From Vicugna vicugna (taxonomy: Eukaryota), in contig MU058289.1 in NCBI GenBank assembly GCA_013265495.1, positions 1,547,451 to 1,611,450 on the forward strand: a DNA stretch of 64,000 nt, given 5' to 3'. The position numbers were made by a program, and so were the translations under genes. This document shows positions 24,641 through 39,500 of the stretch, in pieces (within the stretch, counting starts at the first letter, position 1; each line of letters starts with the position of its first letter). Under the pieces are notes generated by a model that worked only from the letters and a program-made list of their open reading frames with translations, had not been told where the DNA came from and ran no database searches.

Positions 24641-27600
24641 GATTGGTAAAATTATTTCTTCCCTAAATGGTAGAAATTTATCAGTAAATAGTCTAGAATT
24701 GTCTTTATGGGAGATTTTAAATTACAGTTTCAACTTCTTTAACAAATAGAGTGATAGGGAGATTCTATTTCCTCTTGTGTTAGTTTAGGAAGTTTTATTT
24801 TCAAGGAATTTATCTGTTTCATCTAAAATGTTGAATTTGTTGACATAAAGTTGTTCACAATATCTTCATAACATCTTTTTAGGATCTATAGTGATGTCTA
24901 CCCTTTCATTCTTGATAGTGATGATTTGAGTCTTCTTTTGTTCCTTGTTCACTCTTGCTAGGGACTTACTAATTTTATGAAATGTTTCAAAGAACCAACT
25001 CCTGGCTTTGTTGACATTATATACAATTTGGCTTGTTTTTATTTTGTTGATCTAAAATTTCTCTTCCTTCTAGTACTTTTGGGCTAATTTTCTTTCTTTT
25101 TTTTTTAAGTTTCTTAAGTGGCAGCGTAGAGAACTGATTTTAAAAAATTCTTATTTTCTTATATGTGTATTTAAAGGTATGAAATTTCTCCTAAGTAATG
25201 CTTAAACTCCACTCACAAATTTTGATATGTTGCATTTTATGATCATTAAATTTAAAAATATATTCTAATTTCCCTCCTGATTTCCTCTTTAATTTACTAG
25301 TGATTTTACAAGTTTGCTCAAATTCCAATTATTTGAATATTTTTCAAGTTATTTTTAATTCCAAATTTAATTTCTTTGTGGTTAAGCAGATATTATTTCA
25401 ATCCTTCTGAATTTAATATAACTTGTATTATAGCCCAGAATTTGATTTATCCCATTGAGTGATCCAAGTTTACTTTAAAAGAATCTATATTCTGCAAGTG
25501 TTGGGTGTACTATTTTATAAAAGTTACATACACATTTAGGATTGTTATAGCTTTCTGATGAACTGCCCTCTGTACCATTATAAAGAATTCCGCTTTATCT
25601 CTAGCAGTATTTCTGATCTTTAAGTTGCTGTTTTGCCTAATGTTAATTTTCCTAACATTGTTTTCTTGTTATTAGTGTTTGTATTGTATGTCATGCCTTT
25701 TCCTATTTTTTTACTTTTTGCCTTTTAATTCATCTCTTGTAGGATCTCTGCCTTTTAACTGGAATGTTTAATTCCTTTACACTTCACCAAAGTAGATCTT
25801 TAAAATCTTTAGTCTGTCACACTTAATGCATGAAACATTCACTTGGTTTATGCTAACTTTAAAGTTCGTAAGCATGTTAAGTGTTCATTAAATTCAATGA
25901 TTAAAAATTAATCTGTACAGAACACTGGAGACCTGAGAGAATCACTGACCAATATGGTTTGGCTATGTTTAACTAGCTAAAATGTACCCATTTGTCTGTC
26001 TGTTCAGCCAATATTCTTCCATCTTGACTACAACAGTACACAACAGTATTACGAGCCATGGTTATTTTGCTGCTTCAATTTATTGTGAGATAATTAGTTT
26101 TTTCTAAGGGTCCATAAATTAAAGTCATTAATAACCTAAACTTTGCACATAACAATTATTTTAGCATCAGCTTAAAAATACAACATCAACAAAAGTGCTT
26201 TAATACTACGGTGCACCATTCCTTTATATGTATGAGAATATGTTTCCTCACAATCTTGCCAAAACAGTATACACTCAAACTTTAAGGTTTTGTCAAACTG
26301 ATAGTGAGAAATGGTGTCTTGGTGCTGATTTAATTTGTATATTTATTATAAGCAAAATTTAAGCATCTTTCCATGTTTAAGGACCATTTGTATTTCTTTT
26401 TTTCTGAAAAAGACTAAGTTAGTTCCTAACCCTTACAATTTTTTCTGTTGAGTTATAGATCTTTATTTTTAGAAATTCTATAGATACAAGACCTTCATGA
26501 TGTAAATTGCAAATAAAACTATAAAAGACTATAAATAATATATAAAAACTAAAATGGAAAATATTTCCCCCAATCAAATAACAATAGTATAACCTGATTT
26601 ACTAAAACATTCCTGTTGTAAACATCAGGATATTATGGACAGAAAATGAAAACAAGACACTTAAAAGTCTTATTTAATTTGTGCCAACACAAACTATGTC
26701 TGAGTTAATCCCTTTTCTAAAAAACATCTGCCACCTTAATGTTTTCCTCCTCCTCATTTAACAGCTTCTAAATACTATATATAGTTCCCTAATTAGCCAT
26801 TCCACAATAGTCTATCAATATGGAAATCAAAATCAAAAATAGTCTGCCACTGCAAAAATTAGTCTACTGGCACTGAAAACACAAGTAAAACTTCCCACCT
26901 TTCTGACACCCAAAGAACACTAAACCAGCAACCCCCAATATTAAAATTAGATAAAAGCATTTATAAGGAATATAAACATTATCACCACAAAATACTCTGA
27001 TTAGAGGAGCAGGCTGTGAAGATTAGCAGAAGCAGTATTTACTGTGTAGACACTGTATGCTAGACCCTGTTTAAAAGCTTTATACGCATTAAGTCATGCA
27101 AACTTTACAGTAACGTAGGAAGTTAAGCACACAATAGTCCCAATGTTAGCAAACTACTCAATTTAGTGAAAGGAGTTGCAAAAGGATAAAATTATTCACA
27201 ACTGTCCTTAATTTGAACCATCAGGAAAGGATTCTACCACCTAAAACTAACAGAGGGTGTATCTTGATTTAACATGTGTAAGTAACATTGACCATACCAC
27301 TGGAATAGGATTACAAGGTACATGGACCAAAACTACCTGATTCCTCCTATCCAAGAATAAATCTAAAAGGAATTAAATTAATTAAATTTTGATTAGGGAT
27401 GAATGTCTGGGTTACCGGTCCCCAGATAAAAAGAACTAAAAAATTTTTTTTGAAAAATGTCAAACCAGTGTCAAAATTAAAAGTACACTGAATTACAATC
27501 TATTCCTCATCTGGCTCACCAACTAACATCTCGCCCATGCCTATTCTGTTTCTTCATTTCTTCATATTGTGATACACACACTTCTCTTTTGCCTGCATAG

Positions 27601-28454
27601 GCTACAATCAGTTTTGACTCTTCACCCTTAAATACTTCAAAATCATCTCCCCAAAACAAAGACATCCTCCTATTTGGTTAACCACACATCACCACCACAT
27701 CTAAGAAAATCAACAATAACATCATCCTTACTCAAAGTTCCTCTGTAGTTCCTAAAACATTCTTTACCAACTTTTCCTAAAACTTGGGATCCAATCACAT
27801 ATTTTATTTGGATATAGTATATCTCTTCAACTCCTAAAGTCTAAAACAGTCCTGCTGCCTCTCTGTTCTTCACAACACTGAATCCTTTTAAGAGTTTGGC
27901 CTCTGAATATATATGTTCATTTCCTCATGATTAGAATCTGCATTTCAATAAGAATACCACAGTTGTCTACTCCCCTTCTGCTACAGCAATATATCAGGAG
28001 ACATATAATCATTAACTATGGCAAACTCAAACTTGACAACTTAAGATGGTAACCATCAGATCTCTCCATTATAAAGGCACATTTTCCCCCTTTGTAATTA
28101 ATAAGTAAACTGTGAGATGATACTTTAAGACCATTTTAATATCCTGTTTCAACATCATTTACCCAATGATTTTAGCATCCACTGATAATTCTTGCTGTTT
28201 CACTGGAGATTCCAAAATGGTGATTTCCTATATCCACCATTCCTTCTATTTATTAGCTAGCATTTTTCTGTTTAAAAAAAAAAACCTTGTTTCCTCTTCT
28301 TTTAAAAAGTAGCCTAGATTCCTTTTAGTGGGAAAAGACATTTAAAAAGCAAGAATTAGGTCTATATGTGTTCTTTGCTACTGGGTATCATTGCTTCTAG
28401 GCCCCTACAATGAAGAGAGACAGGAAATAACCAGTCTTTAAAAAATGAATTCAA

Positions 28455-29685
28455 CTCTTTCACATAAATTGCAGCAATATTTTTTGGATCTGTTTCCTAG
28501 AGTAATGGAAATAAAAACAAAAATAAACAAATGGGACTTAATTAAACTTAAGAGCTTTTGCACAGCAAAGGAAACCACTGACAAAACGAAAAGACAATGG
28601 GAGAAAATATTTGCCAAGTGATGCGACTGACAAGGGATTAATTTCCAAAATATACAAAGAGCTCATACAGCTCAATATCAAAAAAACAAACAACCCAATT
28701 AAAAAATGGGCAGAAGATTAAAAAAAAAAAAAGGCAGATCTAAATAGACATTTCTCCAAAGAAGACATCCAGATGACCAGCAGGCACATGAAAAGATGCT
28801 CATCACTAATTATTAGAAAAATGCAAATCAAAAATACAATGAAATATCACCTCACACTGGTCAGAATGGCCATCATCAAACAGTCTACAAATAATAAATG
28901 CTGGAGAGGATACGAAGAAAAAGGAAGCCTCCTGTACTGTTGGTGGGAATGAAAATCGGTGCAGCCAATATGAACAGTACAGAGGTTCCTTAAAAAACTA
29001 AAAATAGAGTTATCATATGATCCATCAATCCAACTCCTGGGCATATATCCAGAGAAAACTATTAGTTCAAAAAGATTTATGCACCCCAGGGTTCACACTA
29101 GCACTATGTACAACAGCCAAGACATGGGAGCAACCCAAATGTCCATCAACAGATGAATGGATAAAGAGGTCATATATACATAAAATCTAGTTTTGAGGAT
29201 ATAAGCAATACACACACACACAGTGTACACATGATAGAATATTACTTAGCCATAAAAAAGAATGAAATGATGCCATTTACAGCAACAGGAATGGACCCAG
29301 AGATGATCACACTAAGGGAAGTAAGTCAGAGAAAGACAAATATCATATGATATCACTTATATGGGAATCTAAAAAGATGATACAAATGAACTTATTTACA
29401 GAACATAAATTGACTCACAGACATAGAAAACAAACTTATGGTCATCAAAGGGTAAAAGTGGGGAGGAGATATAAATTAGGAGCTTGAGAGTAACATATAC
29501 GCACTACTATATATAAAATAGATAACCAACAAAGACCTACTATACAGCACAAAGGAACTATATTCAATTATCTTGTAATAACCTATAAGGGAAAAGAATC
29601 TGAGAAAGAATAGATTTATATATTGTAAACTGAATCATTTTGCTGTACACCTGAAACCAACATAACATTGTAAATCTTCTTAAAA
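28455..29685 (+). mobile_element. 5'-truncated L1 (ORF2 3' part plus 3' UTR) in intron 3
   Basis: Typical L1 motifs (aaacaaatgggac...aaaagatgct...aatgtccatcaacagatgaatggataaag); flanked by imperfect repeats aaaaatgaattca / aaagatgaattca. Confidence 0.85.
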
Positions 29686-30908
29686 AGATGAATTCACACT
29701 CATACTTCCAATTCATATTCAAATCCATAGGGTTCTTCCTTACCTTTCCCCTTTCCCTATTTGTATCTCCCTTCTCCAAGGTAAGAATACCATTTCTCAA
29801 CATCAATATGTTACTCATTTGTCCTATCTCATAATACATACAAAATAGTTTCAAAATTAGCAACACCAATACCACTACCAATTATAAACCCTAAATCAAG
29901 TTTTTTTTAAAGTTGTACCTGTTCTTACAATATATCCTACTAAGAGTGTAAAAGTTACTTGAATTCTTATTTCTGTATGGTTATGTTATCTGATATATAC
30001 TTGACACCAGCTGTTTCTGTTTGTATTCATTCAATTTTAGGACTTACTTTTTTTCCTATTGTTTTTTGTGAATAAGTAAAACATTACATATCCAAAAAGT
30101 CACAACTGTATTAAAAATATTCATAGAAAGGAATTAATTTTAATATAATTAATTAACATACTAATGAGTTTCAAAACATTTGAAACTGGATTTGTGATTC
30201 AGCGAAATAAAGCTGATAAGTGATTAAATCAACGGGAAAAAGGTTGAGGGTTAAAGTTTGACATTTAAAAAGTTATTCTTTACTGCAGGAATTTCAATAA
30301 AGGTGTACTTAAGAGCTAAAAAGCATAGCTATAAAAACAAACAAAAATCTGATCTGATCGTATCCAGCTTTTGCACACAACAGCCTTTGTCCTCCAATCA
30401 TAAGGACTATAATTAGCCTAGCCCTCCTACACTTTCTCCTTATAGTGCCGTGTTTCTAAACCATTATTAGAATAAACACCCTCAAACATACGATATTTTG
30501 AGTATCTCTCCTAGGTGGTGTTAAATTATCCACATTCCACATAAATATTCCTTTCTGGCATTATTCCTAATAATGGCATTATCTCAATTTCCCTTTTTAA
30601 AAATCCATCCTGTTTGGAAAAATGCTTATTTTAAATGGATACATCTTACATAGATTAAAAGTAACATTCAATAAAATCTGGTAATTGGATATACCTAGAT
30701 TTAAAAAAAAGTTACTATTCTAAGAGATGGCATTTATTGAACCACTAATCATTAAGGACATTAAAATAAAGTCTTTAAAATAATAGATTATAAAAGCAAC
30801 ACCAAAGAATTAGTCTAAAAATTTATGATAAGTTTTATATATCTTTGTGGTACAGACAAGGAAATTACAAAAAAGAAAAAAAGAAAAAAGAAAAAAAGCA
30901 CAACATAC

Positions 30909-31038
30909 CAACACCAACAGCACCAAACTGCTGCCCCACTAATGAACTTGGACTGAACTGACTGTATGTGGGCATCCTGCCAAAAGGTCCATAGGAGCCC
31001 ACTGACTGGAATGAAGAAGTAGATGAGCCTAGTGAAGA
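30909..31038 (-). CDS. LSM14A: LSM14A exon 3 (130 nt; [43 protein letters not shown])
   Basis: Acceptor ttcag|TCT, donor G|gtatgt; lies within ORF 30865..31053; frame consistent. Confidence 0.95.
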
Positions 31039-31812
31039 CTGAAGAAAGGTCATGAGTTATTTTTCCAGGTTCTAAACAACATGTACATAACAAAAAGAAA
31101 GTCAGATATTACATTTTTAAGAAAACTATTAAATTATAACTTCTCAACACAAAAGCAATTATAACTTGCAACATGCATTTAATATTAAAACAGCTGAATA
31201 ACTTTCTAATTTCAATATTTGTACATGTGTGCCAGTTATACTCAATGTGATTTATAAATGCTTTTTTCTACAATGAACTTCTCCTTTGAGTTCAGAGTTT
31301 TATAAAAGATTTAGGAAAAGAACTGAAAAAAAGTTCCTGAATAAGTAAAGTAATTTTGCTTAAATAAAAAACATGAGAAAAATCACATTTGGTTACAGTA
31401 CTAAGTTTCAGTCTCATGCTGACACAAATATGACATCTCACTTTTGATTTTACTCTTATTTTTGATTACCTGAAGAGTACTATTAAATTTATAGGAAAAA
31501 CAGACAGAAACAAATTACCCTATACAAAACCATTTACATTTTAAAATACAGTTGTTATCATGTTAAAGAGTACTTTCTAAAAACCTTAACTTATTAAACC
31601 TAAAATATATTTTAATACGTATACATGTACACTTTATACATTAATTTATTTTAACATAAAATGTTTCATAGTATCAATATGAAGTATACTAACAGCCACT
31701 AGGTTATAAGCTCACTGATGGCAGGATCCTGTCTGTATGCTTGCTGCTAATGTCAGGCACATGGCAAGTACTTGATAAAGACTATTTAACGAATGAGTCA
31801 AAAGATCAAAAG

Positions 31813-31907
31813 TGGTGGGGAGTGGATATAGCCCAGTGGTAGAGTACGTGCTTTGCATGGGTGAGATCCTGGGTTCAATCCCCAGTACCTCCATTAAAAA
31901 AAAAAAA
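31813..31907 (+). mobile_element. tRNA-derived SINE (camelid vic-1-like)
   Basis: A box (tagcccagtgg), B box (ggttcaatccc), poly(A), 13-bp TSD aaaagatcaaaag (31800-31812 and 31904-31916). Confidence 0.85.
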
Positions 31908-33464
31908 GATCAAAAGCAAAAACTTATGGTGATTGTAAGTATTTTAACATCATTTTAAATTGTGTTCTCTTGGCTTTCCTCATTCCATGACTGCTTGTTC
32001 CCTGGAGTTATCAAAATATATACGAGTCAGATAATATCACTCCTTGGTGTAGGCAGCTATTTCTACTAGAATGTGTCTCTTCTCCCTCCATTTAAGAAGT
32101 TCACATTTTCTCAGGATTCTTTTCAGACTTAATTCCTTAAAACTAAGACTTAAAAAGCAGGGGATAATTGTTTATCCGTGGAATCTTAAAAAAAAAGGAC
32201 ACTAATGAACTAATTATTATTTATAACTTAGATGACTGATTTCTTGAATATGTGTAAGCACATTTGACTATCCTTTATGACTGGATTACTGCATTCCATT
32301 GATTCTTATTTTGTGGTTGGCTTTATTCCGTTGATAACTATGTAAGTTTAAAAAGCTAAAGCTCTAAATTATTCTTAGAAACAATGAACAGTAAATATAT
32401 GTAAATTTAAAAAAATATCCAGACTAGATAAATCCAAAGAGAGAATGCACACTAGTGGTTACCAGAAGCTGGGAGGAGGGTGCCAACAGAGGGAAAGTGC
32501 TTAATGTGTAAGAAGTTTTATTTTGGGTGATGCAAGTGTTTTGGAACTGGATAGAAGCAGAGTTTGCACAACATTGTGAGTGTACTAAATGTCACTGAAT
32601 TGTTCATTTTAAAATGGTTAATTTCTAAATTGTGAATTTCACCTCAGTAAATTATTTACATAAATAATGAAACACAAGAAACAAAAACAAAAAAACCCCA
32701 AAGCAGGGGATAGATGAATAGAGAATTCTTCCAGTTTATGTTGCAAGAACCCAATTTACCATTTCTTATTAAAAAGTTGATCTTATTCCAGAAAAAACAG
32801 TAAATAAATGTTAAAAGGTCCTTTCTCTTTTTTCCACTTAAATTTTATATACCACTTAATATTTTCTTTAGAAGAGTCATTAGGTATTTTCTTTTAATGG
32901 CTGGAAGTAAGGCAAATTCTATGCAAGGTAATGTATATTTTAACTATCAGTTTTGTGAAAAACTAAGATTTTTATCACCCACATCATAAAAAAGGGAAAG
33001 TTAAAAATAAACAACAAGCACATTTCAGAAAATGACCAAAGACTCCTGACAAGAAAAAAGACTGAGACGAAAATGGATTCAGGAGGAAAACCACAGGGGC
33101 CATAAAGCTTTTAATCAGCTAAGCCCTCAAGTTAAAAATATTCTTGTTAATCTTCTTCCTCTGCTGTTACAGTAGAAATTCAGAGTTTCTATATGCTTCC
33201 AATCAACATGTAAACAGGTATTATAATGAACATCCTCTTCAATTCATAATCTACAATCTTTTAGACAGCATGTGTTTCTGTTTTTAATAAAATGCACAAG
33301 TATGTTAAAATTCTTTTGTTTGTGCTAATGTAACATAGTACATATACTGCATAACATACATATAATATATAATGTGATTTAGCATTTTTTTTCATTAAAC
33401 CTAGTAATCTTACCTCATAGTCATCACCACCCTAGTTTGTCATAAGAACCACATGCAAATAATA

Positions 33465-33656
33465 TAGTGGCAGGGATCCTGGATCCTGGAGAGAGATTGC
33501 CTCAGTCTGTTCAAATTATGGCCCTACCTCAATTTCCTCACTTGTAAAAATGAGAATAACTACAGTACCAAAGGTGCTGTGAGGATTGTCTTATTATATG
33601 TGTAGTGCTTTGAACAGTGCTTCTTATAGTTAGACCTCAATAAATGTGAGCTATTT
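33465..33656. mobile_element. MIR fragment
   Basis: cctcaatttcctcacttgtaaaaatgagaataac...ctcaataaatgtgagctatt. Confidence 0.6.
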
Positions 33657-33921
33657 TAACTGTTGTTTAAATTAGAAAATATCTTATGATAAAAATTAAT
33701 TCCTCAGCTATTTCTTACTCTATTTAGTCCCAATTTATGATCTAAAGAGAAAAACCTGGCGAAGAGTGTTATCCAGTTATTTTAGGTATCTAGAAAATGG
33801 TTATCAGCTACATGAAAATTTGAGAAAATTTAAAAAACAAAAACCAGGTGAGACAAAAGCCAAGGCTAGCTATGTGCCTGAAGTTTATTTGTACTCCAAG
33901 ACTAAAAATTTACTATGTTAC

Positions 33922-34085
33922 CTGAACAATAGCTGGGTCCTGAGGCAAAGAACACTGTGGTTTTGGTGGCTCACAAACAGTGAGGTCTTTAATATCACTC
34001 CCACGGAATATAATGTATTCAAAGACTTCATCTCGAGGTGGTATTGGACGATCTGTTGGTCTGTCTTCTGTACCAAAGGACCGAA
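33922..34085 (-). CDS. LSM14A: LSM14A exon 2 (164 nt; [55 protein letters not shown]), Lsm domain C-terminal half
   Basis: Acceptor cag| at 34086-34088, donor CAG|gtaac at 33921; frame continues from exon 1. Confidence 0.96.
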
Positions 34086-36592
34086 CTGGTGAGAAAACAG
34101 GATATGAGTGAGATACATGTCTACTCAGTGTATTCAGGTAGTACCTCTTTTAAGTGAACTGTTTCAAAAACTGAGCAGTTCTTAAATGTCATCCAAGAGA
34201 AAGTACTCATTAATCTGTAGATAAATACATTGTTTTTAAAAGAGGAAAAACACAGGAGGTTTTGCATAGAGCTAAATGTGTTCAGTTTAAAAGACTATCT
34301 GTAATACGAAGTTTTGTTCTTTCTATATTTTTATTTACTTATGTCTTTGGTGATTGTGGTGAGAGGAGGTGTCAAAAATGTCCTTTCACTGTTGATTTAT
34401 TTTTAATATCCTCATTCAGCAAAATAAAGAACTGGCAACCTGTGTGATACTCTGGGTGTGTGTTGGAGGGTTGGGGAGTAAGTGAAGATTTTCCCAGGAC
34501 ACAAAAATCTCAAAAGTTTGGGAAACTCAGCTTCAGGTTTAAGACAAGACAATGGAAAGAACATCTATCCTGGTGAGTAGTATGTCTTCTAGAAGCAAAG
34601 GAAAGCAGTTGTCAGCTATTCAGCCCCATGGGATAGCATAAAATGCCCCAGTTACCTAAAATATCTTATCTCATAATTAAGTCTGATTATTTTAACACTG
34701 AGCATTACTCAAAGTTGAACTGTAGACTACCTGCATCATGGTAATAAGCTAGCTAAAAAGACTTCTGGGATCCTGTTAAAATTCACTGTTTCAGACTTTC
34801 TAGGAAAAGGGTCCAGAAACCTGCATTTTAAACCAATTCCTCAAGAAGTTTCTTATGAATACTACAGTTACAGGTTTCACTATCTTAGGAGACCTCTGAA
34901 AATGTTGAAATCCTTATAGAAGTTCCAAACAAGAAAGTTTGAAAGATCAAATATCATCCATTTAAAGAGTGTTCTAGAGGAAGTAAACCCCGTAACATTG
35001 TGCAGTTTTGAATATATATATTTTTCTGCAGAATTGATCCAGAGCTAGACTGAAGGTAAAATTTCAGTTTAAATAATGCTTTTTCTTAAATCCTAAAAAT
35101 TCTTTCTAGTACTTATGAGATTTCTAGGAAGAATGATGGCATAGCTATGTATAGGTTTGCAGAAAAATACTCCTTCCTAAAACTCACAAATGTGAAAAAA
35201 TTAAAATATCCTTAAACTGGGAAAATACCTAGAACACATACATAAAGTTTTATCAAAAAATATCATTCAGATATTGAATGAGTTAGTCCAAACTGGAAGA
35301 CCAATATCAGAGTCTATATTTAGCATGCTGAGAAACTTTCCCAGGGACCCTTCAACTTGGTGGATGGGGATGGGGATACACATGTGATAAGCGAAAAGAT
35401 GTAGAATGCCCTAGTTGAAGCTCCCTTTCTCTGGTGGCTAAAAAATACTTTGTCAGGGCAGGAGTAAGTGACAAAGTCCTGCATCTTGTGCTTTATCCAA
35501 AAGGAAGGGTAAAAAGAGTTAAAAAAAAAAAAAAGCAAGACTAAGAAAATTACAAATAAAACAATCTCACTTCTAACCTTAGCACAACCACCGCCCTACA
35601 ATGTTTTATAAAGTCCCAGACCTCCGAAGTAACAGATTAGCTCATCCTGCAGCTGGAGGCAAGTGGGATGGGGTTAAAGGCCCTGCATCTATAAAAAGAT
35701 AAACTCCATTATGTTCTTGAAACCATTCAAACTATACCACATAGTCAAAAGTTACATGAAAAAAATCCACTCAGGGTTAGTATTTACCACAGGAAATAGA
35801 AGAAAACTCAGAAATAAGTGCTTCAATTCTCGAGAAAAATTAAAATCCTGTAATCAAAATGACACTGAAAAGAAAAGGTAGCGCTGAGCTGACAAGAGAG
35901 GAAAACTAGATAAGACAAATATCACAGCAGAACTAATAAATACATCAACAACAAGCAGAACATTCTTGGAGAAGATAACAGAAAATGTAAGAGAAAATGT
36001 AACTAAAGACGTAACAGAAATTTCCTGACATGAAGACCTAAATTTGATCAAGGTTTTACTGCATTTCTGGAAGAAAATTTAGTGCACTATAAGCCATACA
36101 GAGACTCATCCTTTGCTGTATCAAAATAACACTAAATGGACAATAAATTCATTTAACCACATAAATGTATGTGCCAATTTACTAAGGTCCTAAAATAGAA
36201 TGTAAATTTAATAGTTCTGTAAAAGGCTATAAAGTTACAAAGTGTTACACATGTCAGGATGGTAATCACTTCACACAGTATTCTAACAAAAACTGGGAGA
36301 TGAAAATGAGCAGAAGGAAACACAAAAGGAAATAAATAAACTAATACTCATCTTTTACAGTAAGGAGTCATGATAAAATTTCGGGGAAGTTGGTAAATTA
36401 ATACAACTAGGCTTAAAAATCTGTTGTTTGTGGTCCTAAAGATAATCAACAATAGAGTTCAAAACTAAAGGCATATTTTCCAAAATATTATGTGAAGAAA
36501 ACCTCTACCATACAGCAAAAGAGGCAAAATGAAAAAGCATGAAAACAGAGATCATGAAGAATGATTTACACACATTAAGAGTTTGAGAAACA

Positions 36593-39500
36593 TACTATTG
36601 GTGGGAACACAGTTTGGTGTAGCCATTATGGAAAACAGTATGGAGATTTCTCAAAAAACTAAAAATAGTCTTATCATATGATACAGCAACCCCACTGCTC
36701 GACATATATCTAGAGGGAACTCTAATTTGAAAAGATGCATGCACTCCAATGTTCACAGCACCACTACATACAATAAATTGATTAATTCCTATTTACAATA
36801 GCCAACCAAGATATGGAAGCAACCTTTTTATTTTATTTATTTATTTTTAACATTTTTTAAATTGAGTAATAGTCATTTTACAATGTTGTGTCAAATTCCA
36901 GTGTAGAGCACAATTTTTCAGTTATATGTGAACATACATATATTCATTGCCACTTTTTTCACTGTAAGCTACCACAAGATCTTGTACATATTTCCCTATG
37001 CTATACAGTATAATCTTGTTTATCTATTCTACATTTTAAAATCCCAGTCTGTCCCTTCCCAACCCCCACTCCCTTGGCAATCACAAGTTTGTATTCTATG
37101 TCTATGAGTCTGTTTCTGTTTTGTATTTATGGTTTTTTTTTTAGATTCCACATATGAGTGATCTCATATGGTATTTTTCTTTCTCTTTCTGGTTTACTTC
37201 ACTTAGAATGACATTCTCCAGGAACATCTATGTTGCTGCAAATGGCATTATTTTATTCTTTTTTAAGGCTGAGTAGTATTCCATTGTATAAACATACTAC
37301 AGCGTCTTTATCCAGCCACCTGTTGATGGACATCTAGGCTGCTTCCGTGTCTTGGCCATTATAAATAGTGCTGCTATGAACATTGGGGTGCAGGTGTCAT
37401 TTTGAAGTAGGGTTCCTTCTGGATATATGCCCAGGAGCAGGATTCCTGGGTCATATGGTAAGTCTATTTCTAGTCTTTTGAGGAATCTCCATACTGTTTT
37501 CCACAGTTGCTTTCCTTGCTTCCCTCTCCCACTCTTAATGATTTAGATGTCTTCTTTTACAATTTTGTGTTTATTCTTTTTGTAATTCATGGCAGTTATC
37601 ACCTTTCCAGTTAAGAGCTTCTCATTTTTGTAGCATCCTGCTTCTTTTCTATTTAGAGTAGACCTGTCACTCTCTCTTTTAGCATGGGTTTAGTGTTGCT
37701 AAACTCTTGTAGTTTTTGCTCATCTGTGAATTTCTTTATCTCTCCTTCTATTCTAAAGGATAGCCTTGCTGGATAGAGTATCCTAGGCTGCAGATTTTTT
37801 TCATTCAGGCCTTTGAATGTATCTTGCCACTCCCTTCTGGCCTGTAGTGTTTGTGTAGAGAAATCAGCTGAAAGTCTTATGGGGGTTCCCTTGTAACTCA
37901 CTCTTTGTTTTTCTCTTGCTGCCTTTAGGATCATTTCTTTATCCTTGACTCTGGCCATCTTGATTATATGTCTTGGTTTGGGTTTTTCTTGTTTGGGACC
38001 CTCTGAGCCTCCTGTACTTGGATATCTGATTCCTTTAGGTTTGGGAAGTTTTCAGTCATGATTTCTTCAAATACCTTTTCAATCCCCTTTGTTCTTTCTT
38101 CCCCTTCTGGAACCCCAATTATGTGTAGCTTGGCATGCTTTATATTATCCCATAGGTCCCTTATATTGTTTTCACTGGTTTTTATTTGTTTTTCCCTCAG
38201 CTGTTCTGATTGGGTGCTTTCTGTTGTCCTGTCTTCTAGGTCACTTATTCGTTCCTCTACATTATCAAGCCTGCTTTGTACAGCCTTTAGGTCAGATCTC
38301 ATCTCAGCAAATGAGTTTACTAATTCTACTTGGTTCTTCTTTATAGCTTCTATTTCACTTTTGACATTTTATATCTCTAAACACTATTTCTTTTAGTTCC
38401 TTCAGTACTTTGATCACTCCTTTTTTGAAATCTTAATCTAGTAGGCTATCAGTGTCTATTTCCTTGATCGTGCTTTCAGGGGATTTCTCTTGATCTTTTA
38501 ATTGGGAGTGGTTCCTCTGCTGTTTCATATTGTTCATATCTCTCAGGCACTGTGGCTTAAGGAGTATCAGTTATCTATTGTGGTACTTAAGGAGTTTATG
38601 TATTTACCTATCTAAAGCCTATGCAGGAATAAAACCAGTGGGTGGGCGGGTCACTCCCCCTGATGCCGCCTGCCAGGAACATGGGTTGCTGCCAGCCCTC
38701 TCCCAGCACTGGTCGCTGCTGCTCTGTGCAGCTGCCTGCTCCATAGGCAGGCTTGAGGAAGACCGCGGGAACAGCCCGACCCCTGCTCTGTCCCAAATCT
38801 CAGCTCCTTGTTTGTCTTGGCGTGAGTTCTCTGAGGGACCAGGGCAGAAAGATCCTATCTGCCTTGGGCTGTAAACAAGTCTCAGTCCTGCCCAGGAGGT
38901 CACAGAGTCCCCAGGCGGATTCAGGTCTCGGCCCCACCCCTGCCCAAGCGCTGTGCACAGGAGATGGCAGCTGTGGCTGCAACCCACCTCTCTTCTGGTG
39001 AGAAGCGCCACTAATGATGGCGTGGGTCTGAGGAGACAAAGGCTATGCCCCTCCCTCCAGGGCACACCAGCCCTGTTGCTTTGCTTTTTTCGCAATTTAT
39101 GGGGGACTGAGGTTGTTCTGCTCTGTTTCCCCTCCTAGGCGCGCAGCAGTCTCCCGGGGTTGTGTCAGTGCAGCCACCTCAGTCCTCCGCCCAGCTCAGG
39201 CGGCCTGTCCCAGCCTCCAGCTGCCGGCTCGTGTCTTGGGCTGGGTGTCGCAGGGACTCTCTGTGCCCGTTTAACTTAGTTCTGTTGGTCAAAGGGTGCT
39301 TGGGGCAGATCTGAGCCTCGGAGGCTCCCCCTCCGTCCTGTTAGCCTCTCTGTTAGAAGGGGGAGACCCAGTCAACGAGTGCTATTCCTCCTTTGCCGCT
39401 CCCTCCCCACGGGATTGGTCCGCACTGTTTTGCTTTTTCTTCTTTTTCCCTTTCTCCTACCAGATTTTTGGCGTCTTTGTCTTTCAAAGAGGGCGATGTC

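Larger units (their letters stand above)
22550..25760 (-). mobile_element. Old, fragmented L1M ORF2 region containing SINE, MER20 and MER58 insertions
   Basis: T-rich antisense L1 motifs; ORF 23005..23238 resembles the ORF2 segment LREIKNLNK...PKLIYK...FVWN. Confidence 0.65.

Noticed and set aside
31813..31893. tRNA-like sequence with A and B boxes
   Set aside because: Poly(A) tail, TSD and several diverged copies in the window identify it as a SINE, not a tRNA gene.
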